Under the pieces are notes generated by a model. The model saw only the letters and a program-made list of their open reading frames with translations. It was not told where the DNA came from and made no database searches. The position numbers and the translations under genes are program-made. A DNA stretch of 64,000 nucleotides, taken from IMG/VR virus record IMGVR_UViG_3300028608_000008, positions 60,246 through 124,245 of that record. One strand, given 5' to 3'. Source of the DNA: a virus. Shown here piece after piece: positions 9,736 to 18,763 of the stretch (position 1 is its first letter; each line of letters starts with the position of its first letter).

Positions 9736-10511
9736 GACCGATGATTGGCAATTTCAGCGGCACCGTTACTGACGCGCACGGCAATACCAAAAAGATTCAC
9801 CACTTCCCGCAAGTCCTAGCCATTGCCCGTCTGCAAAAAGAAGCGCGCTTGCGTATCCTGCTCAAAGCCATCGGCCACCCCGAAGCACTCGACTACCTGA
9901 AAACCTACAACGTCGGTGCGGGCAACCTGTATCACAATACACAACATTGCATTGGCGTTGCTCATTACGCTGTTGAAATTGCGGCAACCGAAACCCTAAA
10001 CGATCCCCAATTTGCTGGTCTGGTACTGGGTGCCCTGTTCCACGATTTCCATCACACCGGTGGTAATCAACAAGTTCCAGATTCGCACAACATCGAAGCG
10101 GCTGTTTCCGGCCTGCACGAATACAAGGCCATGCTGCGCCAGAAAAATGTTGTCGAGTGGGTTAACTTCGACAAAGTGTTTCCAATCGCCGAAGAAGCAA
10201 TTCGTGTAACAGAGTTTCCGTTCATACACGAACCGAAAAACATTGTGCAGCAAATCATTCGTGACGCCGACCTGCTGTATGCGTCTGCCAGTGCTGACAC
10301 GCTGTACATTCTGGAAAGCCTGCGTTGCGAAATCATGAAGAAGACCGGCACCAACATCACCCCGGTCGATTTCGTAAAACAGCAACGTTCGTTCCTCAAG
10401 GCTGCGACCTTCTACACCGAAGCCGGTCGCGCAATGTTTGACGCCGTGGCGCCGCTGTCGCTGGACTTGCTGGAAGCCTACGCCAATTCGCAAGAGGATC
10501 ATAACGAGTAA
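9732..10511 (+). CDS. HD-superfamily metal-dependent phosphohydrolase
   Basis: YHNTQH...ALFHDFHH...IIRDADL motif set. Confidence 0.8.
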   Translation: MRPMIGNFSGTVTDAHGNTKKIHHFPQVLAIARLQKEARLRILLKAIGHPEALDYLKTYNVGAGNLYHNTQHCIGVAHYAVEIAATETLNDPQFAGLVLGALFHDFHHTGGNQQVPDSHNIEAAVSGLHEYKAMLRQKNVVEWVNFDKVFPIAEEAIRVTEFPFIHEPKNIVQQIIRDADLLYASASADTLYILESLRCEIMKKTGTNITPVDFVKQQRSFLKAATFYTEAGRAMFDAVAPLSLDLLEAYANSQEDHNE

Positions 10512-10672
10512 TGGCCGAATCAGTTTTCTACCCAAAGAAAAATATTCGAATCATGAAAGGTTCGGAAGCGTGGGAAATCTATCACGACAAATCCGACAAG
10601 AATCGGAAGCGTCTGGATAAGCACCTCGACAAACTCGACCAAACGTGGCGCGACTTAGAAGGTCGCCAGTAG
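10511..10672 (+). CDS. Small hypothetical protein (53 aa, not in ORF track)
   Basis: Read by eye: MAESVFYPKKNIRIM...LEGRQ; fills the gap between neighbours. Confidence 0.6.
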   Translation: MAESVFYPKKNIRIMKGSEAWEIYHDKSDKNRKRLDKHLDKLDQTWRDLEGRQ

Positions 10673-10690
10673 TAATCGGAGACGGGCACG

Positions 10691-11170
10691 ATGCGACTCT
10701 ATACTGTAACAATGTGGTACGACGACGTGCCCGTTGACGAACACCTGATTCCGATTCCTTCCTTCGGCGAACCAAACTTTTATCGCTGGGGCGCCCGCTG
10801 GGAAACTTTCCGCAAACGCAACAACACTGATTTGTACAAGCGCACACTGGCCGCACATAAACCGGGAGGCGTGTACATTCCGCCACCGATTCGTGCGTCT
10901 GTAAAAGATAAAGATGATTGGGATTGGGATCGGCAGCATTTGATCGACTGTCTTCTCAAACACAATCAGCCAATTCCGAATGAGCCGGACTGGATCAAAC
11001 ACGACAACATGCTGGAATTCTTTGAGGCCGTTGGTTATGACGATAAAGCGCACCGGTGGATTCGTCCCGAAGATCGTGAAGCCCACTTTTTGGCAAAGGT
11101 TGGTTCACAGATGGACCTTGTTGCGCGCAACTTTGCAAACGATGCCAAAAGGTATTGTATCCGACGCTAA
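10691..11170 (+). CDS. Hypothetical protein
   Basis: 159-aa ORF, GGAG RBS. Confidence 0.75.
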   Translation: MRLYTVTMWYDDVPVDEHLIPIPSFGEPNFYRWGARWETFRKRNNTDLYKRTLAAHKPGGVYIPPPIRASVKDKDDWDWDRQHLIDCLLKHNQPIPNEPDWIKHDNMLEFFEAVGYDDKAHRWIRPEDREAHFLAKVGSQMDLVARNFANDAKRYCIRR

Positions 11171-11300
11171 AGGCGAACAGGGAATTCAAGGCACCCCGCT
11201 GCGCGGTATCAAAGGCGGCAAAGTCGATCTAGAATTCGATTCGAAGTCCGTAACTTATAATCCGCGTGAATTCCGCGCCGATAAAGGACCACGTAAATGA
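11142..11300 (+). CDS. Small hypothetical protein
   Basis: MPKGIVSDAKGEQ...; stop overlaps next start (ATGA). Confidence 0.5.
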   Translation: MPKGIVSDAKGEQGIQGTPLRGIKGGKVDLEFDSKSVTYNPREFRADKGPRK

Positions 11301-12319
11301 CTCTCATAAATCCTGATGCACAACTGACCAAGCGTGCCCCATTCACAATGCTGACGCCGAAACCAATCCTCCTTGACGGCCCGATCAAGGAACTGGATTT
11401 GGAAAAGCTGAAACCGCTGTGCTACTACATTTACGCCGACGCTACACCATTCGTTAAAGAAGACGTGTACCGCGATCCGAAAGAAGTCATTCCGGGTTTG
11501 CTGACGGATCACTTCAATCTCGTTTACAGCGAGCACCTTCCAAACTTCTGGCGCACTCTGAATCTGCCGTACCGGTTTGCAAATCTGGCCATAGCAACCC
11601 GTGATACGCTAATCAGCAATCGCATCAACTGCATTACCAACTATCCCGGCCGTGGCCCATTAATGCAAGGGCGCGAACTTTTCGGAACGCATATCACAGT
11701 TCCAGAACTTACTGTGTTTGCTTCATTGTTGTCGGAGATTTTCAATTTCGCTGACCACAATCCGAGCCTTGCCAACAACCTCGACGCACTTGCGCCAGAC
11801 GGTAATAAGGTGGCGTTGCATCACGTTTTCCACCATCTGGATTCGATGGTTCACAATTTGAAAGCGCGGGGCTTTCTGCCATTCGGCGTGAACGCAAATG
11901 TTTCGCTAAACAGGCACCCCACGCTGGTCTACACCCGTACAGCAACGGCAGAAGAACTTGCCGCCGATCCGGACACGCTTTCTTTCGAATACACAATTAG
12001 TCCGGGTGGCGTTCTGATTCAGGTCGGCACCATGGTCGCCTGTTTCAACTGCAACATGGAAAGTTTCGACCTGATTATTTTCGGTGATGCCAACACGCTG
12101 ATCGAAAACGTATTCGGTTACGACACCTTCGGTTCGTGGATGGACGAACAGACCGGTCAGCGCTACGTCCGTGTTTTCAACCACAGCATCGAAGTCCGCC
12201 GCATGCAACAGATGAAAGACGCCTGTGCGATTGCGGCCAATCTTGCTTTCCTGAATCCACTGGAACGCAAAGACGTAAACATTCCACTCAACATCACCCA
12301 CGCTGGAGTTCCAAAATGA
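11297..12319 (+). CDS. Hypothetical protein
   Basis: 340-aa ORF with AAGGA RBS; no confident motif. Confidence 0.75.
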   Translation: MTLINPDAQLTKRAPFTMLTPKPILLDGPIKELDLEKLKPLCYYIYADATPFVKEDVYRDPKEVIPGLLTDHFNLVYSEHLPNFWRTLNLPYRFANLAIATRDTLISNRINCITNYPGRGPLMQGRELFGTHITVPELTVFASLLSEIFNFADHNPSLANNLDALAPDGNKVALHHVFHHLDSMVHNLKARGFLPFGVNANVSLNRHPTLVYTRTATAEELAADPDTLSFEYTISPGGVLIQVGTMVACFNCNMESFDLIIFGDANTLIENVFGYDTFGSWMDEQTGQRYVRVFNHSIEVRRMQQMKDACAIAANLAFLNPLERKDVNIPLNITHAGVPK

Positions 12320-12816
12320 GTAAACGCTATAAAAGCCGTCGCACTCTCACGGGCGAACCAACCGGTAAGCGCGTTCGCTGGTTGACCATTTCCGGCCGCA
12401 AAGCCAGTCTTTCGAAATCGGTCGTCAACAAAGATTTCGACCGCGAATTCCAAACCGAACTGGTGGCGCTGAATCACGTTTTCGGCATTTACGAAATCAC
12501 CGCCGACGGTTTGAAGTACGTGGCGTGGACCGGTCAAGTTGGCGTGTGCAAAGTCAAAGGCGAACGCCGCCATTGCGTTGCGGGAAATCTGTTTGTCAAC
12601 GATGACCCTGCGCGTGTCGTAATCTATTCGATGTTTGTTCCGTTTGGTTTGGAAGCTGAAACCGCAGCCGGTTACGCTGAGCGAATCAACAACGGCATGG
12701 CTCGCCCGCTGTTGCAGTGGATGCCACCAGCCGGTGCCATACTGGGCCGAGTCCAGTTGAAAAGTTTTGGAAAAGAAATCAGCGCTGGGTACAACGCCCT
12801 GAAAGCCACCGAGTAA
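12316..12816 (+). CDS. Hypothetical protein
   Basis: GGAG RBS before ATG 12316 (MSKRYKSRR...). Confidence 0.7.
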   Translation: MSKRYKSRRTLTGEPTGKRVRWLTISGRKASLSKSVVNKDFDREFQTELVALNHVFGIYEITADGLKYVAWTGQVGVCKVKGERRHCVAGNLFVNDDPARVVIYSMFVPFGLEAETAAGYAERINNGMARPLLQWMPPAGAILGRVQLKSFGKEISAGYNALKATE

Positions 12817-12876
12817 AAACGTTCGATTTCCTCTGATTTGAAGAATTTAATGGTAGTGACACAAGAGGCCACTACC

Positions 12877-13590
12877 ATGCGTTCTATCATCGACCTGATC
12901 CTGTCTCTGTTTCGGAAAGCACCAGAACCAACCCCGGTTCCTGCTCCCGAACCTGCGCCGGTTACGGAAGAAAAATCTGAGGAAATCGAAATGCCTACTC
13001 CAATCATCGTGACCGGCTTCGTTAGCGAAAAGTTTGAATCGGGCGGTCGCGGCGTTTCCACGGTGAGCACCGGCAAAGGTGACAACGGCGGCGTTTCCTA
13101 CGGGAAGCACCAACTGAGCACCAACGCTGGCACCATGGCTGCGTTCTTGAAATCGGAATTCGGGAAACCGTTTACCGAGTTCAATGGTTACACTCCGGGC
13201 ACCACTGCTTTCAACGCGGTTTACAAAAGCGTTGCCAGCAAACGCGCTGATGAATTCGCGGCAGCACAAGCGGCGTTCATTCGGAAAACCCATTACGAGC
13301 CCCAAGCCGCAACGCTTGAAAAGGCCGGGTGGAATCTCGGTAAACGCCACCAAGCCGTTCGCGAAATGGTTTACTCGACGGCAGTGCAGTACGGTCCAAA
13401 CACTTCGGTTCTGCTGAATTGTTCTTGGCTTCCGTCTGATACCGACGAACAACTGATTATCAAAGCGCAGCAATTCAAAAAGCGCAGCGTTCCCACCTAC
13501 TTCAAGAAAAGCAGCATTGCGGTTCAGAAGTCGGTCGAAGATCGCTGCCAAAACGAACAGGCCGTTTTGCTGGCCTTCCTGAAAGGGTAA
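12877..13590 (+). CDS. Peptidoglycan hydrolase (VgrG3 C-terminal-like muramidase), probable endolysin
   Basis: SEKFESGGRG...VSTGKGDNGGVSYGKHQLS...G and EMVYSTAVQYG match the Vibrio VgrG3-type lysozyme-like domain. Confidence 0.8.
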   Translation: MRSIIDLILSLFRKAPEPTPVPAPEPAPVTEEKSEEIEMPTPIIVTGFVSEKFESGGRGVSTVSTGKGDNGGVSYGKHQLSTNAGTMAAFLKSEFGKPFTEFNGYTPGTTAFNAVYKSVASKRADEFAAAQAAFIRKTHYEPQAATLEKAGWNLGKRHQAVREMVYSTAVQYGPNTSVLLNCSWLPSDTDEQLIIKAQQFKKRSVPTYFKKSSIAVQKSVEDRCQNEQAVLLAFLKG

Positions 13591-13594
13591 CACC

Positions 13595-14074
13595 ATGCTC
13601 AAACTTCCGGCGCACGTTGCGGAATGGCATTACAAATCCGTTTCTGTTTGCGGGACCGACGTGGGGCTTTTGTCCGACGAAGACACTTGCAAACATTTGC
13701 AGGATCGCCAAGTATTCACCGATGCTGTTTGGGGACCGGATCGCAGCGACGAAAAGCCTATCGGTTTTCGAATCAAGAACCCGGTCGGCCTACTCGCCAT
13801 TGACCCGGACCTAAACGCACTGGCGCAACTGGCAGTGCGTTCCGGAAAGAAGTCGGATTCAGTTTTCGAACTGTTTACGCATTTGTTGATTCTGCTCAAG
13901 ATACCAACGGGCAAACAATCGCATACCGTGGTGCCAATCATTCGTGAAGCGTTGAAAGAACGTTACACGGTTGAATCGCAACACACTCACGAACTGTCTT
14001 TGCTCTGCGCAAACGTGGTTCGGGTTTTGCGGCGGTTGACCCCGAAGCTGTTGCTGGAAATGCCGAAAGGCTGA
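13595..14074 (+). CDS. Hypothetical protein
   Basis: 159-aa ORF directly after lysin. Confidence 0.7.
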   Translation: MLKLPAHVAEWHYKSVSVCGTDVGLLSDEDTCKHLQDRQVFTDAVWGPDRSDEKPIGFRIKNPVGLLAIDPDLNALAQLAVRSGKKSDSVFELFTHLLILLKIPTGKQSHTVVPIIREALKERYTVESQHTHELSLLCANVVRVLRRLTPKLLLEMPKG

Positions 14075-14083
14075 CGAAGAACC

Positions 14084-14120
14084 GAAAGGGTGGCCCTAGT
14101 GCCGCCCTTTCTTCGTTTCT
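14084..14120 (+). terminator. Probable intrinsic terminator upstream of cassette 1
   Basis: gaaagggtggc-cctagt-gccgccctttc then T-rich; resembles the 9140 hairpin. Confidence 0.65.
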
Positions 14121-14143
14121 GGATTCTGGAAAAACGCGTCGGG

Positions 14144-14260
14144 AAACCTCCCTTAGTCCGTAAGGGTAAGTCATTTCAAACCGAAGACGGCTATGGGATA
14201 ATGTCAATACTGGGGAGAAGCCTAGCCCGGAACATTACACTTACGAGTTAGAGGAAGTTT
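14144..14260 (+). promoter_or_regulatory. IR-flanked promoter cassette 1
   Basis: Left arm aaacctcccttagtccgtaag (14144-14164); TGgGATAAT (-10 at 14197-14202); right arm cttacgagttagaggaagttt (14240-14260). Confidence 0.75.
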
Positions 14261-14264
14261 GAGC

Positions 14265-14567
14265 ATGAGCAAGAAGCCGAGCGTTTACATTGACCACACC
14301 GCCGACGAATTGTTTGTAGATTGCGCCGACGATTTAACCTACCGCGTTTCGGACCTGATCGAATCGCTGGTTGAAGACGGGTTCTGTCCGAGAAGCGCAG
14401 CGCTAGTTGATGCCGCGTGGGAATGGTCGAAACTTTGGGAAAGCGCGCACGACACAACCGGCACGCTGACCGCGCAATACCGAATCAACAGCGGGTTCTT
14501 CCACTGCGCGCAACCGTCACAGCGCACAATCGAACGCCGCGCAATCGCTGCATACTTCGGCGGGTAA
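14265..14567 (+). CDS. Hypothetical protein, first gene after IR-promoter cassette 1
   Basis: GAGG RBS lies within the cassette right arm. Confidence 0.75.
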   Translation: MSKKPSVYIDHTADELFVDCADDLTYRVSDLIESLVEDGFCPRSAALVDAAWEWSKLWESAHDTTGTLTAQYRINSGFFHCAQPSQRTIERRAIAAYFGG

Positions 14568-14642
14568 ACATTCGCCACGGGGCTTCGGCCCCGACTCAAA
14601 CTCGTAAACTGCAAACAATTCAGATTTTTCGGAACTCATATC

Positions 14643-14786
14643 ATGTACGCCACTCAAGTAAAAACCAAGAAAGTCGCTGCAACAAAATCGTGGGAATGGG
14701 ACGCTGTGTTTGTGCAGGCTGATTCTGCGCACCAGAAAAAAGTGCAGGATGCCCAGCGCCGTTTCCGCAACGCAATCACCCGCTAA
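14643..14786 (+). CDS. Small hypothetical protein (47 aa, not in ORF track)
   Basis: MYATQVKTKK...NAITR read by eye. Confidence 0.55.
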   Translation: MYATQVKTKKVAATKSWEWDAVFVQADSAHQKKVQDAQRRFRNAITR

Positions 14787-14807
14787 CTGTTTGGAAAACT
14801 GACCATG
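14783..14807 (+). repeat. 25-bp direct repeat, copy 1
   Basis: ctaactgtttggaaaactgaccatg. Confidence 0.9.
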
Positions 14808-15029
14808 CCTGACCAAAAACCGACCTGCCCATTCAGCACGCACATTTACCACTGCGATGATCCACGTTACGACGGAATGTGCGTTAACGGTGAATTGCTG
14901 GAAGAAGAATTCCCCGGCCAAGGTGTTTACGTGTGGTACAACGAAAACGGTGATGCTTTGGGTCGCGCTCGTATCGACGGCGCCAAAGCGTTTAAGGGCC
15001 AGTACGTCACCCCGATTGTTCGCGACTAA
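14805..15029 (+). CDS. Hypothetical protein flanked by 25-bp direct repeats
   Basis: 74-aa Cys/His-containing ORF. Confidence 0.7.
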   Translation: MPDQKPTCPFSTHIYHCDDPRYDGMCVNGELLEEEFPGQGVYVWYNENGDALGRARIDGAKAFKGQYVTPIVRD

Positions 15030-15050
15030 CTGTTTGGAAAACTGACCATG
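15026..15050 (+). repeat. 25-bp direct repeat, copy 2
   Basis: Identical ctaactgtttggaaaactgaccatg. Confidence 0.9.
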
Positions 15051-15296
15051 ATTATTCTGACCATCCTCCTTTGGGCCGTTATTGTTTACCTGTTGCTGGG
15101 CTGCGCTGTTGTCAGCCTCGCTGTTTGGTTCTGGTACAAGACCGAGCGTGAAAGCGTCGAGTACCAATTCGACTGGTTGAAAAATGCCAGTTGGAAAATG
15201 CGTGGGGCCGCTGTTTTGTTGGCCGTGTGGTACGGCGTCATTTGCTGGTTGCCGATTGCGGCAGGCTGGATGACTCGCCCAACTAAATTCCGCTAA
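15048..15296 (+). CDS. Small membrane protein
   Basis: Two hydrophobic segments. Confidence 0.7.
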   Translation: MIILTILLWAVIVYLLLGCAVVSLAVWFWYKTERESVEYQFDWLKNASWKMRGAAVLLAVWYGVICWLPIAAGWMTRPTKFR

Positions 15297-15330
15297 CTGC
15301 AAACATTTCGATTCGACAAGGAGCCACACA

Positions 15331-16536
15331 ATGTCCACTAAAAGCATCGTCGCTGCAAACGATATCCTGCGTGCCAAACACCGCGTTGAAATTGTCCCGC
15401 GTGGCCGTGGTTTTGTTTTCCATCACATGGACCCGCACATTCTGGAACAAGACAAAGCTGTTCGCGAATACGCGCACGGCAAAAAGACCGCCGACCTGAC
15501 CGTCGAAGAACTGGTGCTGTACGGCGAACAATTCGCTTCGATCAAAACAGGAAAAGAACCCGTGACCACAAACATCGCACTCGCAAACATTTCGCTTAAA
15601 GAACACGGCGTCGAGATTCGCAAAACTGGTCGCACGTTTGTTTACGCGCATATTGACCCGGAACACGAAGCGCGTCACCCTGCGCAAAACCTGCGGGTCT
15701 ACATTGGCGAAAACGCTTCGATCAATGGCATTCGCCCGGTCGAGTTGATCGCGCACGGCGTCGAGTTTGTAGATTCGCTGCCTGACGAATCCCCAGTCCA
15801 AGGTGGCTCGACTGCCGACCTGAAATACAAAATCGAAACGACCGAAGTTGAAGCCGGTTGGAACGATTCCGGATTCCGTCACCGAGTTGTTTGCAGTGAC
15901 GGGCGTGTTTCCCGCTGGGCGCCGTACAGCGTGATTTCGTTCCTTGATGATTGCGCCAGCGTGCCGCCGTATTTCACCGATGGTAACGACAACAAAATCA
16001 TGACCGTGCGCGAAGCGTTTGCGCTGGTGGCCTACGGTGAAGAAACGCAAACAGTTGCGCAGCCGGGAACGCAAAGCGCTGTCGAAATGGAAGCGGTGGA
16101 CGAAGCCACGCCGACCGAACTGTCAGAACATCCGACCGCCCTTGTTTTCCGAAACATGAACGGCACCCGCGCCGGGTCGTTTGAGTTTGGCTGGATGTGG
16201 GGAGGCAGCGCCGTTGACAAACAACTCAACGTTTTGGCCGAACCCGACCGATTCGGAAAGTTGACGGATGCGGGTTCGCTTGTTTTGCCGGTGCATGAAT
16301 ACCTGTTGATTCTGGACGACACAAACCACTACTGGGGCACTGGCAAAACAATTGAACAGGCAATTACCGCCATGCCAAACAACATGGACACGCTGCCAAA
16401 CAATTGCTGCATCTACACCAGCCCCGCACCGATGACCGTGAACGAAAATGGTTGCGTGCGCGGAACCGGCAAACATATTCCGGTGCAAATCATGAGCAAG
16501 CTGGGCAAAACAATTCGCCCGGTGATGCCGAAGTAA
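15331..16536 (+). CDS. Hypothetical protein
   Basis: 401-aa ORF, AAGGAG RBS. Confidence 0.8.
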   Translation: MSTKSIVAANDILRAKHRVEIVPRGRGFVFHHMDPHILEQDKAVREYAHGKKTADLTVEELVLYGEQFASIKTGKEPVTTNIALANISLKEHGVEIRKTGRTFVYAHIDPEHEARHPAQNLRVYIGENASINGIRPVELIAHGVEFVDSLPDESPVQGGSTADLKYKIETTEVEAGWNDSGFRHRVVCSDGRVSRWAPYSVISFLDDCASVPPYFTDGNDNKIMTVREAFALVAYGEETQTVAQPGTQSAVEMEAVDEATPTELSEHPTALVFRNMNGTRAGSFEFGWMWGGSAVDKQLNVLAEPDRFGKLTDAGSLVLPVHEYLLILDDTNHYWGTGKTIEQAITAMPNNMDTLPNNCCIYTSPAPMTVNENGCVRGTGKHIPVQIMSKLGKTIRPVMPK

Positions 16537-16538
16537 AC

Positions 16539-16586
16539 AGATAAACCCGTCTGGCGATTTGTGAAAGTCGCCAGTCTGGTTGAACT
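16539..16586 (+). repeat. Conserved intergenic stem-loop, copy 1
   Basis: agataaacccgtctggcgatttgtgaaagtcgccagtctggttgaact; near-identical to 25685-25731 with a compensatory pair change. Confidence 0.75.
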
Positions 16587-16628
16587 GTCAGCCATTGGAC
16601 ATTCAAAACTGTTTGGAGGAATCTGTAA

Positions 16629-17072
16629 ATGATCTTTATCGCCGCGCTGGTGGACGCGCAAATGTCCAACGAAGATTTCCTGTTTGCGGTAAAACACAAC
16701 CCGCAATTCAACGGCATGAAATTCAAAGGCAACGTGGAAATGGCCGAGTGTTCGCAACCGGCTGGTCGCATGCGCCGCTTCATCTGGAAAATCTCTGACG
16801 AAGAAATCCATTCGACCGACGTAACGCTGGTTATCATGTTTAACCAAACCCTTGACCAGCGTTCGGTTGTCGATCACCAATTCATGCTGAGCCGCCGTCA
16901 ATCCGAGATTCAAGAATGTTTGGATTGGCTGGCCGACCAACTTCACCCGGTCGATGTTGAAACCCAGTTCCTCGAAAACGGCAACATCGCCTATCATCTG
17001 CGCGCCTGTGAAATCGAAAAGCTGTCGTCGGCATTCGCCTCGCACAAGCGCAAACTACTCAAGGAAGTCTAA
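16629..17072 (+). CDS. Hypothetical protein
   Basis: GGAGG RBS. Confidence 0.75.
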   Translation: MIFIAALVDAQMSNEDFLFAVKHNPQFNGMKFKGNVEMAECSQPAGRMRRFIWKISDEEIHSTDVTLVIMFNQTLDQRSVVDHQFMLSRRQSEIQECLDWLADQLHPVDVETQFLENGNIAYHLRACEIEKLSSAFASHKRKLLKEV

Positions 17073-17074
17073 TA

Positions 17075-17338
17075 ATGCTGCCTCAAACTATCGTAACCAT
17101 TTTGCAGGTCGTGTTGGTGCTGTCGTTGGTTTTGACCATCGTGACTAAAACCCGCCATCACCAAAAGATGATGGAGATTAAAGATCAGCATATCAAAATG
17201 CTGCGCGATGCCAATCAAAAACTGATTGTAGAAAAGGCCGAAATGAATGCGGCGCTGCTTGAGTCCCTCGTAAACATCGAACGGACCAAACAGGAAATGC
17301 GACTAATCTCCGACAAACTGGACAGGTTGAATGGATAA
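17075..17338 (+). CDS. Membrane-anchored coiled-coil protein
   Basis: N-terminal TM helix followed by heptad-like segment. Confidence 0.7.
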   Translation: MLPQTIVTILQVVLVLSLVLTIVTKTRHHQKMMEIKDQHIKMLRDANQKLIVEKAEMNAALLESLVNIERTKQEMRLISDKLDRLNG

Positions 17339-17682
17339 TGGAATGGTCGAAAGTTGTAGAAATCGCCCGAGCAATCACAATCGGCACGGCCCCGATGTTG
17401 TCCCTTGCTTTGATTTTGTTTGCGTGCAAATGGCGCAGCGCTTCCAAAGAACTGCGCGCTGTCCGCAAAGAGCGTGACGCACTGCAAAAGGAATTGGATG
17501 ACACCAAGCTTGCCGAACAAGCTGACTTGCGGATGCGTGCCCGACTAGACACGGCTCGCGATTACCGTGCAGCAAACCGTTTGGCTAAAGTGCTGGACGA
17601 AAACGAAAAGTGGGATAAGCGCGGAGAACCCATTACTCCCCAACCCCGAAAAACTTGCAAAAAGAAAGGTGAACTGGAATGA
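17338..17682 (+). CDS. Membrane-anchored coiled-coil protein
   Basis: N-terminal hydrophobic helix then charged helix. Confidence 0.7.
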   Translation: MEWSKVVEIARAITIGTAPMLSLALILFACKWRSASKELRAVRKERDALQKELDDTKLAEQADLRMRARLDTARDYRAANRLAKVLDENEKWDKRGEPITPQPRKTCKKKGELE

Positions 17683-18599
17683 GCGATTATATCTATCGCG
17701 TTGTATTGGCAAATGGTGAAATCGTTTCGGTGAAAGGGCCGCTGTCCTACGTCTCAAATTGTTTGGAGGGATTGGGTGCCCAATACCGCTCCTACACTCC
17801 GGCCGAAACTCCGGTAAACAATTGGGCCGACGTAAACTCTAGAGAAAGCATAGAATTTCTGAATGCTCGCGCAATGCGGGCGCAACTGGAGGTGTTGAAA
17901 AAGCAAAAGCCGTTTGCCGAGGTAGTCCAAAATCTTTGCGTGATTGCCCATCTGCCGTTCGATCCAAACGACGCCGAAATCACTGTGCAGAATCTGATTC
18001 AGTGGAACGTGCAGGTTGCGACTGATCCGACCGTTTCGAAAGACGCGTACAACCTGCACCGACAAATCACCGCACGCAATGAATTTCTGGCTCGCGATAT
18101 TCTGCCGTTGACCGACAAACTCGACGGCGTTGATCCGCGTATTCTGGATAAGCTGCGCCACTACATTTCGGAAAGCCCCGGCGACACGCCATACGATCCG
18201 ACCGAATTCGAAAACTTGGACGTTTCGGAATTCGACCGGCAGGATCGTCACCCTGATCCAGAAATGGAATCGGATGTTGCAGCCGGTCGCGAAGCGGCCC
18301 GTCGTCGTTTGGAAAAGCGCAAAGCTCCAAACGTTTTGCGTTCGCAAGCGCAGGCAGACGCCCCGAAGTGGTTGGTACGACGGCAAGAGGAATTGCGGAA
18401 AGGTGCCGCACTTGCCGCACGCCGCAAAGCGCTCAACCTGAAACGTGAACAACTGGCTGCGCTGATCGGCACCACTGCGCAAAAAATCCGCCGCGTTGAA
18501 TGCGGCCTGTCCCTGATCGGCACCAAAACGATTCGCCCGCAAATGGCACGCGAACTGCGCCGCCTTGAGGAACTGAAACGGGAAAGCGAAAACGGGTAA
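17679..18599 (+). CDS. Protein with C-terminal XRE/Cro-C1 helix-turn-helix
   Basis: RRKALNLKREQLAALIGTTAQKIRRVECG fits the HTH_3 pattern. Confidence 0.7.
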   Translation: MSDYIYRVVLANGEIVSVKGPLSYVSNCLEGLGAQYRSYTPAETPVNNWADVNSRESIEFLNARAMRAQLEVLKKQKPFAEVVQNLCVIAHLPFDPNDAEITVQNLIQWNVQVATDPTVSKDAYNLHRQITARNEFLARDILPLTDKLDGVDPRILDKLRHYISESPGDTPYDPTEFENLDVSEFDRQDRHPDPEMESDVAAGREAARRRLEKRKAPNVLRSQAQADAPKWLVRRQEELRKGAALAARRKALNLKREQLAALIGTTAQKIRRVECGLSLIGTKTIRPQMARELRRLEELKRESENG

Positions 18600-18712
18600 C
18601 TTCCTGTAGGTCGTAAGGCTAAGGGGTTTCCAACAACGGTGGGGTTTGCTATCATGTATATGCTGGGGGTTCCGCACCCCAGCGATTCCCACTTACGACT
18701 TAGCGGAAGTTA
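18597..18712 (+). promoter_or_regulatory. IR-flanked promoter cassette 2
   Basis: Left taacttcctgtaggtcgtaag; TGcTATCAT (18650-18655); hairpin gctgggg/ccccagc; right cttacgacttagcggaagtta (18/21 inverted match). Confidence 0.8.
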
Positions 18713-18763
18713 AGGGCAACCCAGCCCGCTCATGTTGCAAACATTTCGGAAAGGAACAACGCA

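Noticed and set aside
11297-12319. Possible nucleotidyltransferase/poly(A) polymerase
   Set aside because: Only a vague GG..D-like segment; no convincing hG[GS]x9-13DxD motif. Left as hypothetical.
14144-14260. Cassettes as MITEs or IS remnants
   Set aside because: No target-site duplications seen at the flanks, no transposase in the window, and inner sequences are unrelated while spacing is conserved. Not fully excluded.
17075-17682. i-spanin/o-spanin pair
   Set aside because: Neither has a lipobox, both look inner-membrane anchored, and they are 3.5 kb from the lysin.
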